A stretch of 64,000 nucleotides of DNA from an uncultured Clostridia bacterium (GCA_944354265.1 CALVPX010000052.1:60177-124176); one strand, 5' to 3'. Positions 9,689 to 17,756 are shown, numbered from the stretch's first letter. Notes: generated by a model not told the origin, from the sequence alone. A program made the numbers and translations.

Positions 9689-10465
9689 ATGAAAAAATTG
9701 TTGGCGCTCTACAGGCATTTTTCGGATAAAAGATATTCAACAATAGCGGGCACGCTCGTCTATTTTCTTTTGATGAGCCTTGCGCCAACATTGCTTTGGT
9801 TGGCGCTCATTGTGGGGAAAATAGATTTTCAGTCCTTTACGTCGCATGCTTTTTTCGAAGCTATCGAACCATTTTTGACATATCTCAACCGTGCGGCCCA
9901 AAATGCCGCCTCAGGCGCCGGCATAATTCTTTTGGCAACCTCTCTGTATTCGTCTACAAATTTTTTCTATCACCTCAGGCGCAGCGGGGAAATAATTTAC
10001 GACAGCGACCGCAAAAAGGGAGGCCTTAAGCTGCGGCTCGCCGCGGCAGGCATAGTGGTGGCGGCAATAATAGGTTTTGCTTTGGTTGCCACTGTCATTA
10101 TTGCGGGCGAAAATATGCTGTTCTATTTTATGCCCGCAGTCATTGTGGAGTGCATACAGCTCGTCTGCATAGTCGGCATTGCCTTTTTTATTGCAATATT
10201 GCTCAATATTTTTGCCTGCCCGTTCAAGCTTAATTTTTCAGGCGCCCTATGCGGAAGTTTGCTTACAACTGCATTATGGCTGATTTTTGCCGCGGGGTTT
10301 ACGGTCTATATGCGCTTTGCCAACCCTTCGCAGCTCTATGGCGCCGCCGCAACTATAATAATCTTTTTGCTGTGGTGCTACATTATGATTTCAAGCCTTG
10401 TGGTCGGAATTATTTATAATTCGATGCTTGTGGCAAAACAGCGCGCTAAACCGCTGTATTCCTGA
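9689..10465 (+). CDS. YihY/BrkB family membrane protein
   Basis: MKKLLALYRHFSDKRYSTIAGTLVYFLLMSLAP... is the typical YihY N-terminus, followed by about 6 TM helices. The start is moved to the ATG at 9689, because the track ORF start at 9485 overlaps the Cys-rich gene. Confidence 0.8.
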   Translation: MKKLLALYRHFSDKRYSTIAGTLVYFLLMSLAPTLLWLALIVGKIDFQSFTSHAFFEAIEPFLTYLNRAAQNAASGAGIILLATSLYSSTNFFYHLRRSGEIIYDSDRKKGGLKLRLAAAGIVVAAIIGFALVATVIIAGENMLFYFMPAVIVECIQLVCIVGIAFFIAILLNIFACPFKLNFSGALCGSLLTTALWLIFAAGFTVYMRFANPSQLYGAAATIIIFLLWCYIMISSLVVGIIYNSMLVAKQRAKPLYS

Positions 10466-10473
10466 TAATATAA

Positions 10474-10506
10474 TGGCGCCCGTGCGGTATTCCGCACGGG
10501 CGCCAC
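10474..10506. terminator. bidirectional terminator between convergent YihY and DegV genes
   Basis: 14-bp stem TGGCGCCCGTGCGG/CCGCACGGGCGCCA. Confidence 0.8.
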
Positions 10507-10523
10507 TGTAATATTAAGATTTA

Positions 10524-11399
10524 TCAATATTTAATTACGCAAGCTGCGGCGAGAGCGCCGGGGCCGATATGTACTGCAACGCTCAGCGACAGCGGGTCGA
10601 CAAACGTGAATTCCACATCGGGGAAGGCGGCAATCAAATCTGCTTTGAACGACATGGCTTCCTCAAGGCACTGTGTGTGCGCAACGCAAACCGTCATTTT
10701 GCCTGCCTTGCGCTCTTCGGCAAAGCGTGTTTCAAGGTCATTTTTAATGGCTGCAATCATGGTTGCCTTGGCGTCGCTCATCTTGCGCACTTGGGCAAAC
10801 TTATCAAGCCTTTCGCCCTGTATCTGAAGCACGGGTTTGATTTTCAAAAGCGTGCCTATAGCTGCGGCGGCGGGGGTAAGCCTTCCGCCCTTTTTAAGAT
10901 ACTTCAAAGTGTTAACTGCAATATAGATGGAGGAGGTGTGCGCCGTCGCCATGAGCCAATCATAAATTTCTTTGGCCGTCTTGCCCTCCTTGATCATCTT
11001 CATGGCGTCTACAACCGTCTGCTTCTGCGTAACAGAAACTCTGTGGTTATCCAAGGCGTAAACTTTGCCTATAAATTCAGGCTCTGTCTCAGCCATATGC
11101 TTGATTACGAGGGCAGTTTCCGAAAGTCCGCTCGAAAGGGGCATATATAGAATTTCATCGTATTCCTTTAAAATTCTTCTCCACCTTTCGGCCACGTCGT
11201 AGGGGTTGGGCTGCGATGTAGAAACTTTGGCGTTGTCGTCGGTCAGATATTCGTAGAATTTGTCGATGGGCAAATTCTCTTCCTGAAAGTATTGTTCGCC
11301 GTTTACAAGAATGGGGGTAGGCTGAATTTCTATGCCGAGTTTTTCAGCTTCTTCCACCGTATATCCGCAGTTGCTGTCAGTTACGATTTTAATGCTCAT
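10524..11399 (-). CDS. DegV family fatty-acid-binding protein (copy 1)
   Basis: MSIKIVTDSN... start with an AAGGAGAG RBS and the conserved LKYLKKGGRL block. Length is 291 aa. Confidence 0.9.
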   Translation of the reverse strand: MSIKIVTDSNCGYTVEEAEKLGIEIQPTPILVNGEQYFQEENLPIDKFYEYLTDDNAKVSTSQPNPYDVAERWRRILKEYDEILYMPLSSGLSETALVIKHMAETEPEFIGKVYALDNHRVSVTQKQTVVDAMKMIKEGKTAKEIYDWLMATAHTSSIYIAVNTLKYLKKGGRLTPAAAAIGTLLKIKPVLQIQGERLDKFAQVRKMSDAKATMIAAIKNDLETRFAEERKAGKMTVCVAHTQCLEEAMSFKADLIAAFPDVEFTFVDPLSLSVAVHIGPGALAAACVIKY

Positions 11400-11499
11400 G
11401 TTCTCTCCTTGTGCGCATATGCGCGCATGCAATTTCTAAGTCAATTATATATCATGCATGCGCAAATGTCAATACGGAAATAGAGTTGCGATAAAAGTA

Positions 11500-12366
11500 T
11501 CAGTATTTAACGGTGGCGGCAACGGCAAGGGCGCCGGGGCCGATGTGACAGGAAACGCTGAGGGACAGGGGGTCTATATAAGTAAACTCCACGTCGGGGA
11601 AGGCTTCCTTGATTTCGTCGCGGAAAATTTCAGCTTCTTCAAAATTTTGCGTGTGCGCAACTGCGAGGGTCATTTTACCGGCCGAACGAAGCTCTTTAAA
11701 CCTCGTCTCAAAGTCGTGCTTGATGGCATTTATCATCGTCGTCTTGGCGTCGGCAATCTTTCTGACTTTAGCGTATTGGTCAAGCTTTTCGCCCTGAATC
11801 TGAAGGACGGGCTTGATTTTCAAAAGCGTGCCTATCGCCGCAACGGCAGGAGTAAGCCTGCCGCCCTTTTTAAGGTACTTAAGCGTGTCTACCATGATGT
11901 ATATGCTCGACTGCATTTTTGTCTGCATAAGGAAATCGCGCACTTCCTCGGCGGTCTTGCCGTCGGCAAGCATATTTTGGGCGTCCTCAACGCTTTGGCG
12001 CATGGTTATCGATATCCTTTGGTTGTCAATAACATACACCTTTCCGCTATATTCGGTCTCAGCCAAATGTGTGAGGGTATGGCAGGTCTCTGACAGGCCT
12101 GAGGACATGGGAATGTGTATAATTTTGTCGTACTCTTTTAAAATTTTAGTCCAAAGTTCGCCAACGTCGTATGCGCTCGGTTGCGAGGTCGAAACCTGCG
12201 CGTCAGATTTAAGCTTTTCATAGAATTGCTCCTGCGTAAGCGAAATGTCTTCAAAGTATTGTTCGCCGTCAATAAGTACCGGCATGGGCACAACGTAAAC
12301 TCCCATTTCTTTAGCCATGGATTGGGTGATGCCGCTGTTGCTGTCGGTTACGATAGCTGTCTTCAT
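11500..12366 (-). CDS. DegV family fatty-acid-binding protein (copy 2, tandem paralog)
   Basis: MKTAIVTDSN... start. It aligns colinearly with copy 1 and shares an identical run LKYLKKGGRLTPA.AAIGTLLKIKPVLQIQGE. Confidence 0.9.
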   Translation of the reverse strand: MKTAIVTDSNSGITQSMAKEMGVYVVPMPVLIDGEQYFEDISLTQEQFYEKLKSDAQVSTSQPSAYDVGELWTKILKEYDKIIHIPMSSGLSETCHTLTHLAETEYSGKVYVIDNQRISITMRQSVEDAQNMLADGKTAEEVRDFLMQTKMQSSIYIMVDTLKYLKKGGRLTPAVAAIGTLLKIKPVLQIQGEKLDQYAKVRKIADAKTTMINAIKHDFETRFKELRSAGKMTLAVAHTQNFEEAEIFRDEIKEAFPDVEFTYIDPLSLSVSCHIGPGALAVAATVKY

Positions 12367-12449
12367 AATTACCTCTTGATTTAAAATTATACAGACAGTA
12401 TAGTTCAAAAATGTTGATAAGTCAACAAATTAGCGAGCAGTAAGTTAAA

Positions 12450-12821
12450 TTAAAGCTCGGCGATTGCTTCAATTTCCACTAAACACCCTTTGGGAATGTC
12501 TTTAACAGCCACGCAGCTGCGGGCAGGACAGGAGGTAAAATATTCCTTATAGGTATCGTTGAAATCAGAGAAGTCTGCAATGTCTGAAAGGAAACAGAGA
12601 GTTTTGACAACTTTGTCCATGGACGAGCCCGCGGCTTCCAAAAGGGCTTTAATATTTTCGCATGCCTGTTTTGTCTGCCCGACTATATCCAATTCTTCAA
12701 CTTTCCCGGTAGCGGGATTTACGGGTATCTGTCCTGAAGTAAAAACTAAATTTCCGCAAATTTTGGCCTGTGAATAGGGTCCGATTGCTGCGGGTGCGTT
12801 AGCGGTGGATATTGTTTTCAT
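12450..12821 (-). CDS. ridA: RidA family reactive enamine/imine deaminase
   Basis: 123-aa YjgF/RidA fold: APAAIGPYSQA..., GQIP, ...VEIEAIA. Confidence 0.9.
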   Translation of the reverse strand: MKTISTANAPAAIGPYSQAKICGNLVFTSGQIPVNPATGKVEELDIVGQTKQACENIKALLEAAGSSMDKVVKTLCFLSDIADFSDFNDTYKEYFTSCPARSCVAVKDIPKGCLVEIEAIAEL

Positions 12822-12883
12822 AATTTTAGCCCTCTTGAATAAATTTTAAAACTAATTTGTTTAAGCTCTGCGTGTAAATGTTT

Positions 12884-14086
12884 TTATAATACCTTAAAGC
12901 CGTTTTCGGCCAATTTGGATTTAATTTCCTTAATATGGTCAAAGTTTCTCGTTTCGATCTGCAACTTCAAGTAGCAGCCGTTTACGGCTGTGCCCTCGTT
13001 TGTCCTTTCGTGGAGGACGGCAATGACGTTGCCGCCGCACTGCGCAATAATGGTAGATACGCCTACAAGTTGTCCCGGTTTATCTATCAGTTCGAGGGTG
13101 AGGGAGCACTGCCTGCCGCCCATGAGAAGGCCTCTGTTGATTACGCGTGAAAGAATTGTAACGTCAATATTGCCGCCTGAGATAAGGCAACATACCTTTT
13201 TGCCCTTTATGTTAGGTACTTTGCCAAACATAATAGCTGCAAGTCCCACGGCGCCCGCGCCTTCGGCAATCATTTTTTGCTTTTCAATAAGCGCAAGTAT
13301 TGCGGCAGAAACCTGATCGTCAGTTACAGACACAATGCCGTCGAGATATTTCGAGCACATCTCAAAGGTGAGTTTTCCCGGCTCCTTAACGGCAATGCCG
13401 TCGGCGATTGTCGAAACGGAGGGCAGGCACTCCAATTTGTGGTGCTCAAAGGAAGTGAGCATGGAGGGGGCACCTGCAGATTGTACGCCGTAAATTTTAA
13501 CCTTGGGGTTGAGCGATTTAACTGCAAACGCAAGGCCGGAGGCCAATCCGCCGCCGCCAATGGGGACAACTATGGCATCCACGTCCTTCAGCTGATCAAT
13601 AATTTCAAGGCCTATCGTGCCCTGACCGGCAATTACGTCCTCATCGTCAAAGGGATGAATAAAGGTGTAGCCCTTTTCAACCTTAAGCCTTTCGGCCTCG
13701 TTGTGGGCGTCGTCGTACACCCCGGGGACAAGCACAACCTTTGCGCCGTAGCTCTTTGTGGCTTCCACTTTCGAAATAGGGGCACCGTCCGGCATGCAGA
13801 TTATCGATTTTATGCCAAACTTTTTAGATGCCAAAGCCACGCCCTGCGCATGGTTGCCTGCGGAACACGCAATAACCCCGCGCGACTTTTCCTGCTCGTT
13901 GAGTTGCGAAATTTTGTAATAAGCTCCCCTCACCTTAAAGGAACCCGTCACCTGCAAATTTTCTGTTTTAAGGTAAACTTCGCAGCCGCTCTCTTCCGAT
14001 ATGACGGGCGAATATATCATATCCGTCTGCCTTATCGCTTCGTTCAATACATACCGTGCATGGTACACTTTGTCCAACGTTAACAT
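12884..14086 (-). CDS. ilvA: threonine ammonia-lyase (threonine dehydratase) with C-terminal ACT-like domain
   Basis: PLP lysine motif TGSFKVRGA, the SAGNHAQG block and a GGGGL loop. The start is set at the ATG at 14086, which has a GAAGG RBS. Confidence 0.9.
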   Translation of the reverse strand: MLTLDKVYHARYVLNEAIRQTDMIYSPVISEESGCEVYLKTENLQVTGSFKVRGAYYKISQLNEQEKSRGVIACSAGNHAQGVALASKKFGIKSIICMPDGAPISKVEATKSYGAKVVLVPGVYDDAHNEAERLKVEKGYTFIHPFDDEDVIAGQGTIGLEIIDQLKDVDAIVVPIGGGGLASGLAFAVKSLNPKVKIYGVQSAGAPSMLTSFEHHKLECLPSVSTIADGIAVKEPGKLTFEMCSKYLDGIVSVTDDQVSAAILALIEKQKMIAEGAGAVGLAAIMFGKVPNIKGKKVCCLISGGNIDVTILSRVINRGLLMGGRQCSLTLELIDKPGQLVGVSTIIAQCGGNVIAVLHERTNEGTAVNGCYLKLQIETRNFDHIKEIKSKLAENGFKVL

Positions 14087-14120
14087 TTTTTTACCTTCGA
14101 GTTTCATAAATATACGAAAT

Positions 14121-14149
14121 ATTATACATTTTTTGCATAAGCCTGTCAA
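14121..14149 (-). promoter_or_regulatory. sigma-A-like promoter for ilvA-ridA
   Basis: On the minus strand, TTGACA, a 17-nt spacer, then TATAAT, about 30 nt upstream of the ilvA start. Confidence 0.6.
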
Positions 14150-14197
14150 TAGCAAATAGGCAAATTATTTTTTAACTTGCAGACTAAAGCTATTTAA

Positions 14198-15163
14198 TTA
14201 TACTTCTAAATATAAATTATAGAAGTCGACGATATTTTTAAACAGTTCAGTATTCAGTCTGTTGCAATAAATTTTCCTGTCAAGGTTTTCATTATAATAT
14301 AATGCTCGTTCCTCGTGTGTAGGCGATTTTTCGTTGAAATAATTTTTCATATCTTCAGTGAATTTGCCCATATAATTTATGTACTCGTCGGAATAAAGAA
14401 TATTGCTGTGTCCGCGGTCGCTGTACTTGATAAATGTAAATCGAGGGTCGTTTGAGTATTGTTTATAATAGATATTATAACCATATTCAATTGGGACGGT
14501 GGTATCGTCACTGCTATGCGCAATAAATATCCCACATTCAGAATTGGCAAAACCTGATAGCGCAGTAGAAGAGGAGTATTCACCACATTTTATGCCTTCA
14601 ATTGAATTAACATAAGGCATCATAAAGTTGATAAATCCGCCTATTGCTAACTCACCCTGCGCTTGAATGAGGTCACCTGAACGGTTAAACCCTGCAATAG
14701 AGGCAATAGCTTTTACCTCGGGGTGGAAGTTCAAAACGGCACTTACGCAATATCCGCCCCAACTGTGTCCCCAAAGCATTATGGGAAGGTCTTTAATTTC
14801 TTCAATCTCGTTGATATAGTTAATAGCGTAGCTTAAATCGGCAACGCCCTGAGGAATACCATTTATACCGTCGCCTTCGCTTTCATCGTTACCCGTAGCG
14901 TCATAGGCAAACACATCGTAACCGTGTTGTGTAAAATAATAGGCAACATCTATGTAGGTGTTATGTCCGCTGCCAAGCCCATGAGCCATTACAATGACAG
15001 CTTTACTGTCAGAATTATCTATGTAATAATGATATCCGACAAGTTTTTGGTCGTTGTTCGAAGTGAATTCATATCTGTCTGCATTCAGTTCGTCAAAATC
15101 CTCGATATAAAATTTAAGATAGTCTGTCGTTTGGTATCTTACTCCGAATACACTGTTGTACAA
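14198..15163 (-). CDS. alpha/beta hydrolase (serine hydrolase), probably membrane-anchored; 5-prime end uncertain
   Basis: Nucleophile elbow GHSWGG, plus HGLGSGH and later D and H residues. Markedly AT-rich. The track start is a TTG without an RBS, and the frame stays open upstream through a signal-anchor sequence (see findings). Confidence 0.75.
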   Translation of the reverse strand: MYNSVFGVRYQTTDYLKFYIEDFDELNADRYEFTSNNDQKLVGYHYYIDNSDSKAVIVMAHGLGSGHNTYIDVAYYFTQHGYDVFAYDATGNDESEGDGINGIPQGVADLSYAINYINEIEEIKDLPIMLWGHSWGGYCVSAVLNFHPEVKAIASIAGFNRSGDLIQAQGELAIGGFINFMMPYVNSIEGIKCGEYSSSTALSGFANSECGIFIAHSSDDTTVPIEYGYNIYYKQYSNDPRFTFIKYSDRGHSNILYSDEYINYMGKFTEDMKNYFNEKSPTHEERALYYNENLDRKIYCNRLNTELFKNIVDFYNLYLEV

Positions 15164-15292
15164 AATTGCACCGATAGTGTAGGGAGCAATTAAAAATATA
15201 ATTAAAAGCAGTACAGCTAGTATTGCTGAAACTATAATTATCTTCTTCCTTGTTTTCCTCTTCTTGTCTCTTTACAATTAGTGATTAATAAT

Positions 15293-15321
15293 ATTATCTC
15301 ATAATTCAATTGTAATTACAA
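15293..15321 (-). promoter_or_regulatory. candidate promoter of the hydrolase gene
   Basis: On the minus strand, TTGTAA, a 17-nt spacer, then GATAAT. Confidence 0.45.
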
Positions 15322-15511
15322 GTAGTTAGATAAAAAAAGTATTGTTTGAAAAATACGCAGAGAAGAGAATGCCGCCGAAACCCCTTAGGGGGTGGTACGG
15401 GGAAGAGGATTCGCCGCTTGGGCGCGGCGCACGGTTGACAGCCCAAGCCGAGGGCTGTCAAGTCGTCGGTAGAGACCTCCGACCTGCGCAATAAGTTGCT
15501 TGTGTTTCTCA

Positions 15512-15635
15512 AGCGGCGCAATGTCAACGCCGCTTTCGGTCACCGTTCACGCGTGACTTTGCGTTTACTCATCTCGCAAGGCAAAACAGCAGGTTTCTGC
15601 TGTTTTGAGAATGCCTTGCTCGTCCTCGAATCCTC
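15512..15635. ncRNA. unclassified structured-RNA-like element, copy A (homolog of 32020-32144); strand unresolved
   Basis: Aligns colinearly with copy B. There are conserved unpaired blocks and four helices whose sequences differ but stay complementary. The ORFs crossing it run into a terminator and a tRNA gene. Confidence 0.5.
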
Positions 15636-15650
15636 TATTCTCTCGCCAAG

Positions 15651-15690
15651 AAAAAGCCGCGGATATAACAAAAAGTTATATCCGCGGCTT
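15651..15690. terminator. terminator hairpin immediately 3-prime of tRNA-Ser (usable on both strands)
   Basis: 15-bp stem AGCCGCGGATATAAC/GTTATATCCGCGGCT. On the minus strand it is followed by TTTTTCTT, and on the plus strand by TTT. Confidence 0.8.
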
Positions 15691-15780
15691 TGGCGCAGAG
15701 AAGAGGATTCGAACCTCCGTACGTGTTCCCACGTAACACGATTTCGAGTCGTGCGCATTCGACCACTCTGCCATCTCTGC
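15691..15780 (-). tRNA. tRNA-Ser (anticodon CGA), class II with long variable arm, CCA encoded
   Basis: Manual cloverleaf: acceptor GCAGAGA/TCTCTGC, anticodon stem CACGA/TCGTG with loop CTCGAAA, variable-arm hairpin TACGTG-GGAA-CACGTA, T arm GGAGG-TTCGAAT-CCTCT, discriminator G and CCA. Confidence 0.9.
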
Positions 15781-15791
15781 GTGACTTAATC

Positions 15792-15820
15792 ATTTTATAA
15801 CATGCTTAAAAAAAATTCAA
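15792..15820 (-). promoter_or_regulatory. candidate promoter of tRNA-Ser
   Basis: On the minus strand, TTGAAT, a 17-nt spacer, then TAAAAT, ending about 11 nt before the mature 5-prime end. Confidence 0.45.
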
Positions 15821-15913
15821 GCGTTTTTGCCCGTTTAATTTCAAATTATGCTATATTATTTTAGTTTGTGTACGCTACCCAAATATGTTACAATGTTCTC
15901 AAGGTTGTAAATT

Positions 15914-16438
15914 ATGATAACGCTTAAAAAACTTAAGGATCAAGAATGGAAGGACAGGCAGTTGGAATTTGTCTATTCAACTGACGGGTTTTATGATTTT
16001 AAGTGTCAAGGCTATAACTTTTCTCTTGAACTCCACAGGGACGGAGTACAGAAGGAGGTGCGCTTTACAGATAAGCTTTTTGGCGCATGGCTTGAAAGGC
16101 CTTCAGCTTACGGTGCATACAGCGGAGATGTGCTCTTGGGCATCATTGAATTTTCTCCCGAAAGTTGGAACAACCGGCTAAGGGTCAGCAATTTGCTTGT
16201 GTTTAAAGATTACCGCCGAAAGGGCGTTGGTAAAACTTTGTTGGGCAAAGCAATAGTTTACGGCAAAAATCACGGTTTCCGTATGATTGTGCTTGAAACG
16301 CAGACATGCAACATAAACGCAATCGGCTTTTACCTGAGCATGGGTTTTGAACCTATAGGTTTTGACTTGAATAGTTATTCAAATGCAGACATTGATCAAT
16401 GTGAAGTTCGATTAGAGATGGGTAAAAAGCTTTTGTAA
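15914..16438 (+). CDS. GNAT family N-acetyltransferase (streptothricin-acetyltransferase-like)
   Basis: 174 aa. Acetyl-CoA motif YRRKGVGKTLL, then LETQTCNINAIGFYLSMGFEPIGFD, which resembles Sat/YyaR-type enzymes. Confidence 0.8.
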   Translation: MITLKKLKDQEWKDRQLEFVYSTDGFYDFKCQGYNFSLELHRDGVQKEVRFTDKLFGAWLERPSAYGAYSGDVLLGIIEFSPESWNNRLRVSNLLVFKDYRRKGVGKTLLGKAIVYGKNHGFRMIVLETQTCNINAIGFYLSMGFEPIGFDLNSYSNADIDQCEVRLEMGKKLL

Positions 16439-16454
16439 TAATAGAGGTGTTGCC

Positions 16455-17183
16455 ATGATTAGGTATGATGAAGAAAATTTTTTTGAACAATATGCGAATA
16501 TGCCGCGCAGCAAATATGGATTGAGCGCTGCAGGGGAGTGGCATCAACTTAAAAAGCTTATTCCTCCGTTGAATGGTAAAACTGTACTCGATTTGGGGTG
16601 TGGTTACGGTTGGCACTGTGTTTATGCCGTGCAACAAGGGGCGGATAAGGTGCTTGGCTTAGATTGTAGCGAAAAAATGCTCGCGCAAGCCAAAACACGA
16701 AACAAAAATCCAAGAATTGAGTATAAGCTATGTGACATAGAGTACTATGAATATCCCGAAAAAAGCTATGATTGTGTAATATCTAATCTTGCGTTACACT
16801 ATATTTCGGACTTGCGATCGATATATAAAAAGATTTATGCTACATTAAAGCCATGCGGAACCTTCGTCATGAATATAGAGCATCCGTCGTTTACTTCGGG
16901 TGTCAATGAGGATTGGGTTTATAACGATAGCGGACGACCATTATATTGGCCGATCGATGATTACTTTTTTGAGGGGCAAAGGCTGACAAATTTCCTCGGC
17001 TGCAATGTAGTCAAATACCATCACACACTTACTACAATTCTTGGCGGGCTTTTGTCATGCGGATTTGAATTGACGGCGGTAGAGGAAGCTGTTCCTTCAA
17101 AGGAAATGCTGAAAATTGACGGAATGATAAATGAACTTCGCCGTCCCATGATGTTGCTCGTGCGTGCAGATAAACAGGTATAG
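16455..17183 (+). CDS. class I SAM-dependent methyltransferase
   Basis: Motif I VLDLGCGYGW and Methyltransf_11-like spacing. Length is 242 aa. Confidence 0.85.
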   Translation: MIRYDEENFFEQYANMPRSKYGLSAAGEWHQLKKLIPPLNGKTVLDLGCGYGWHCVYAVQQGADKVLGLDCSEKMLAQAKTRNKNPRIEYKLCDIEYYEYPEKSYDCVISNLALHYISDLRSIYKKIYATLKPCGTFVMNIEHPSFTSGVNEDWVYNDSGRPLYWPIDDYFFEGQRLTNFLGCNVVKYHHTLTTILGGLLSCGFELTAVEEAVPSKEMLKIDGMINELRRPMMLLVRADKQV

Positions 17184-17198
17184 TACAAATTTAAAAAG

Positions 17199-17681
17199 TT
17201 ATTTCCTTACGCCGAGAATATGTATTCCGCGGGCGCGTGCAAAGTTGTAGGACGACAGCGGCCGCATGAACGCGTCGTAAGTGTGCGCGGCGATATAAAT
17301 TTTGCCGTTCCGCACGGCTACCACTACAGGCGAATGGTAATAATCGCCCGTTGCCGTTCCAAGCTGAACAACGTCGCCCACTTCAAGTTTGTTTAAAGGC
17401 GCGTCCTCGGCAAAGGGGCCGACGCCGTCGTTATTTACCATAAAGTTATAAAGGTACTCCACGCCCGTCCACGCGGGTGCGCGGTCGTTCAAATTTATGT
17501 AATACCACCCGAATGTAGGCGTGAAGTTCATTACGCCTGCCCCCGCGTATATGCATTGCGAGGCAAAGTTTGTGCAGTCGCCGCCGATGTTGTCAAAGTT
17601 ATAGAACTTTGGGTTGCGCTTAAAGGCCCACATTTTTGCATATTCAAAGGCAGCCTGCCTGTCGTACTTGATTATTTCCAT
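17199..17681 (-). CDS. amidase-domain-containing protein (putative cysteine amidase/peptidase fold)
   Basis: YDRQAAFEYAKMWA...NPKFYNF...GGDCTNFASQCIYAGAG...HS pattern typical of the 'putative amidase domain' family. The start is uncertain: ATG at 17681, or ATG at 17705. Confidence 0.65.
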   Translation of the reverse strand: MEIIKYDRQAAFEYAKMWAFKRNPKFYNFDNIGGDCTNFASQCIYAGAGVMNFTPTFGWYYINLNDRAPAWTGVEYLYNFMVNNDGVGPFAEDAPLNKLEVGDVVQLGTATGDYYHSPVVVAVRNGKIYIAAHTYDAFMRPLSSYNFARARGIHILGVRK

Positions 17682-17756
17682 AATATATATTATGAAAAAC
17701 GCCATAGTGTGTGCGCCCCGCTTGTGCAAGCGGGGCGCATATGTTATAATAGCTGT

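Noticed and set aside
15383-15400. T-box-like string TAGGGGGTGGTACGGGG on the plus strand.
   Set aside because: It is simply the complement of a tRNA 3-prime-end fragment (…CCCCGTACCA). There is no Stem I, specifier loop or antiterminator/terminator pair, and no downstream aminoacyl-tRNA-related gene.
15620-15660. Resemblance of the minus-strand sequence GGCGAGAGAATAGAGGATTCGAGGAC to the 5-prime end of tmRNA (GGGG...GGATTCGAC).
   Set aside because: There is no complementary acceptor 3-prime strand, no tag reading frame and no T-arm in the right place. Two copies with different arms exist. The GGATTCGA string is explained as the complement of the tRNA-Ser T-loop region.
15496-15789. ORFs 15496-15789 and 32008-32334 (+), whose products share AFGHRS...LIS.GKTAG..CF.N.ALV.
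   Set aside because: Both read straight through strong terminator hairpins and through tRNA genes. The similarity is explained by the conserved nucleotide element, whose differences are compensatory in helices rather than synonymous in codons.
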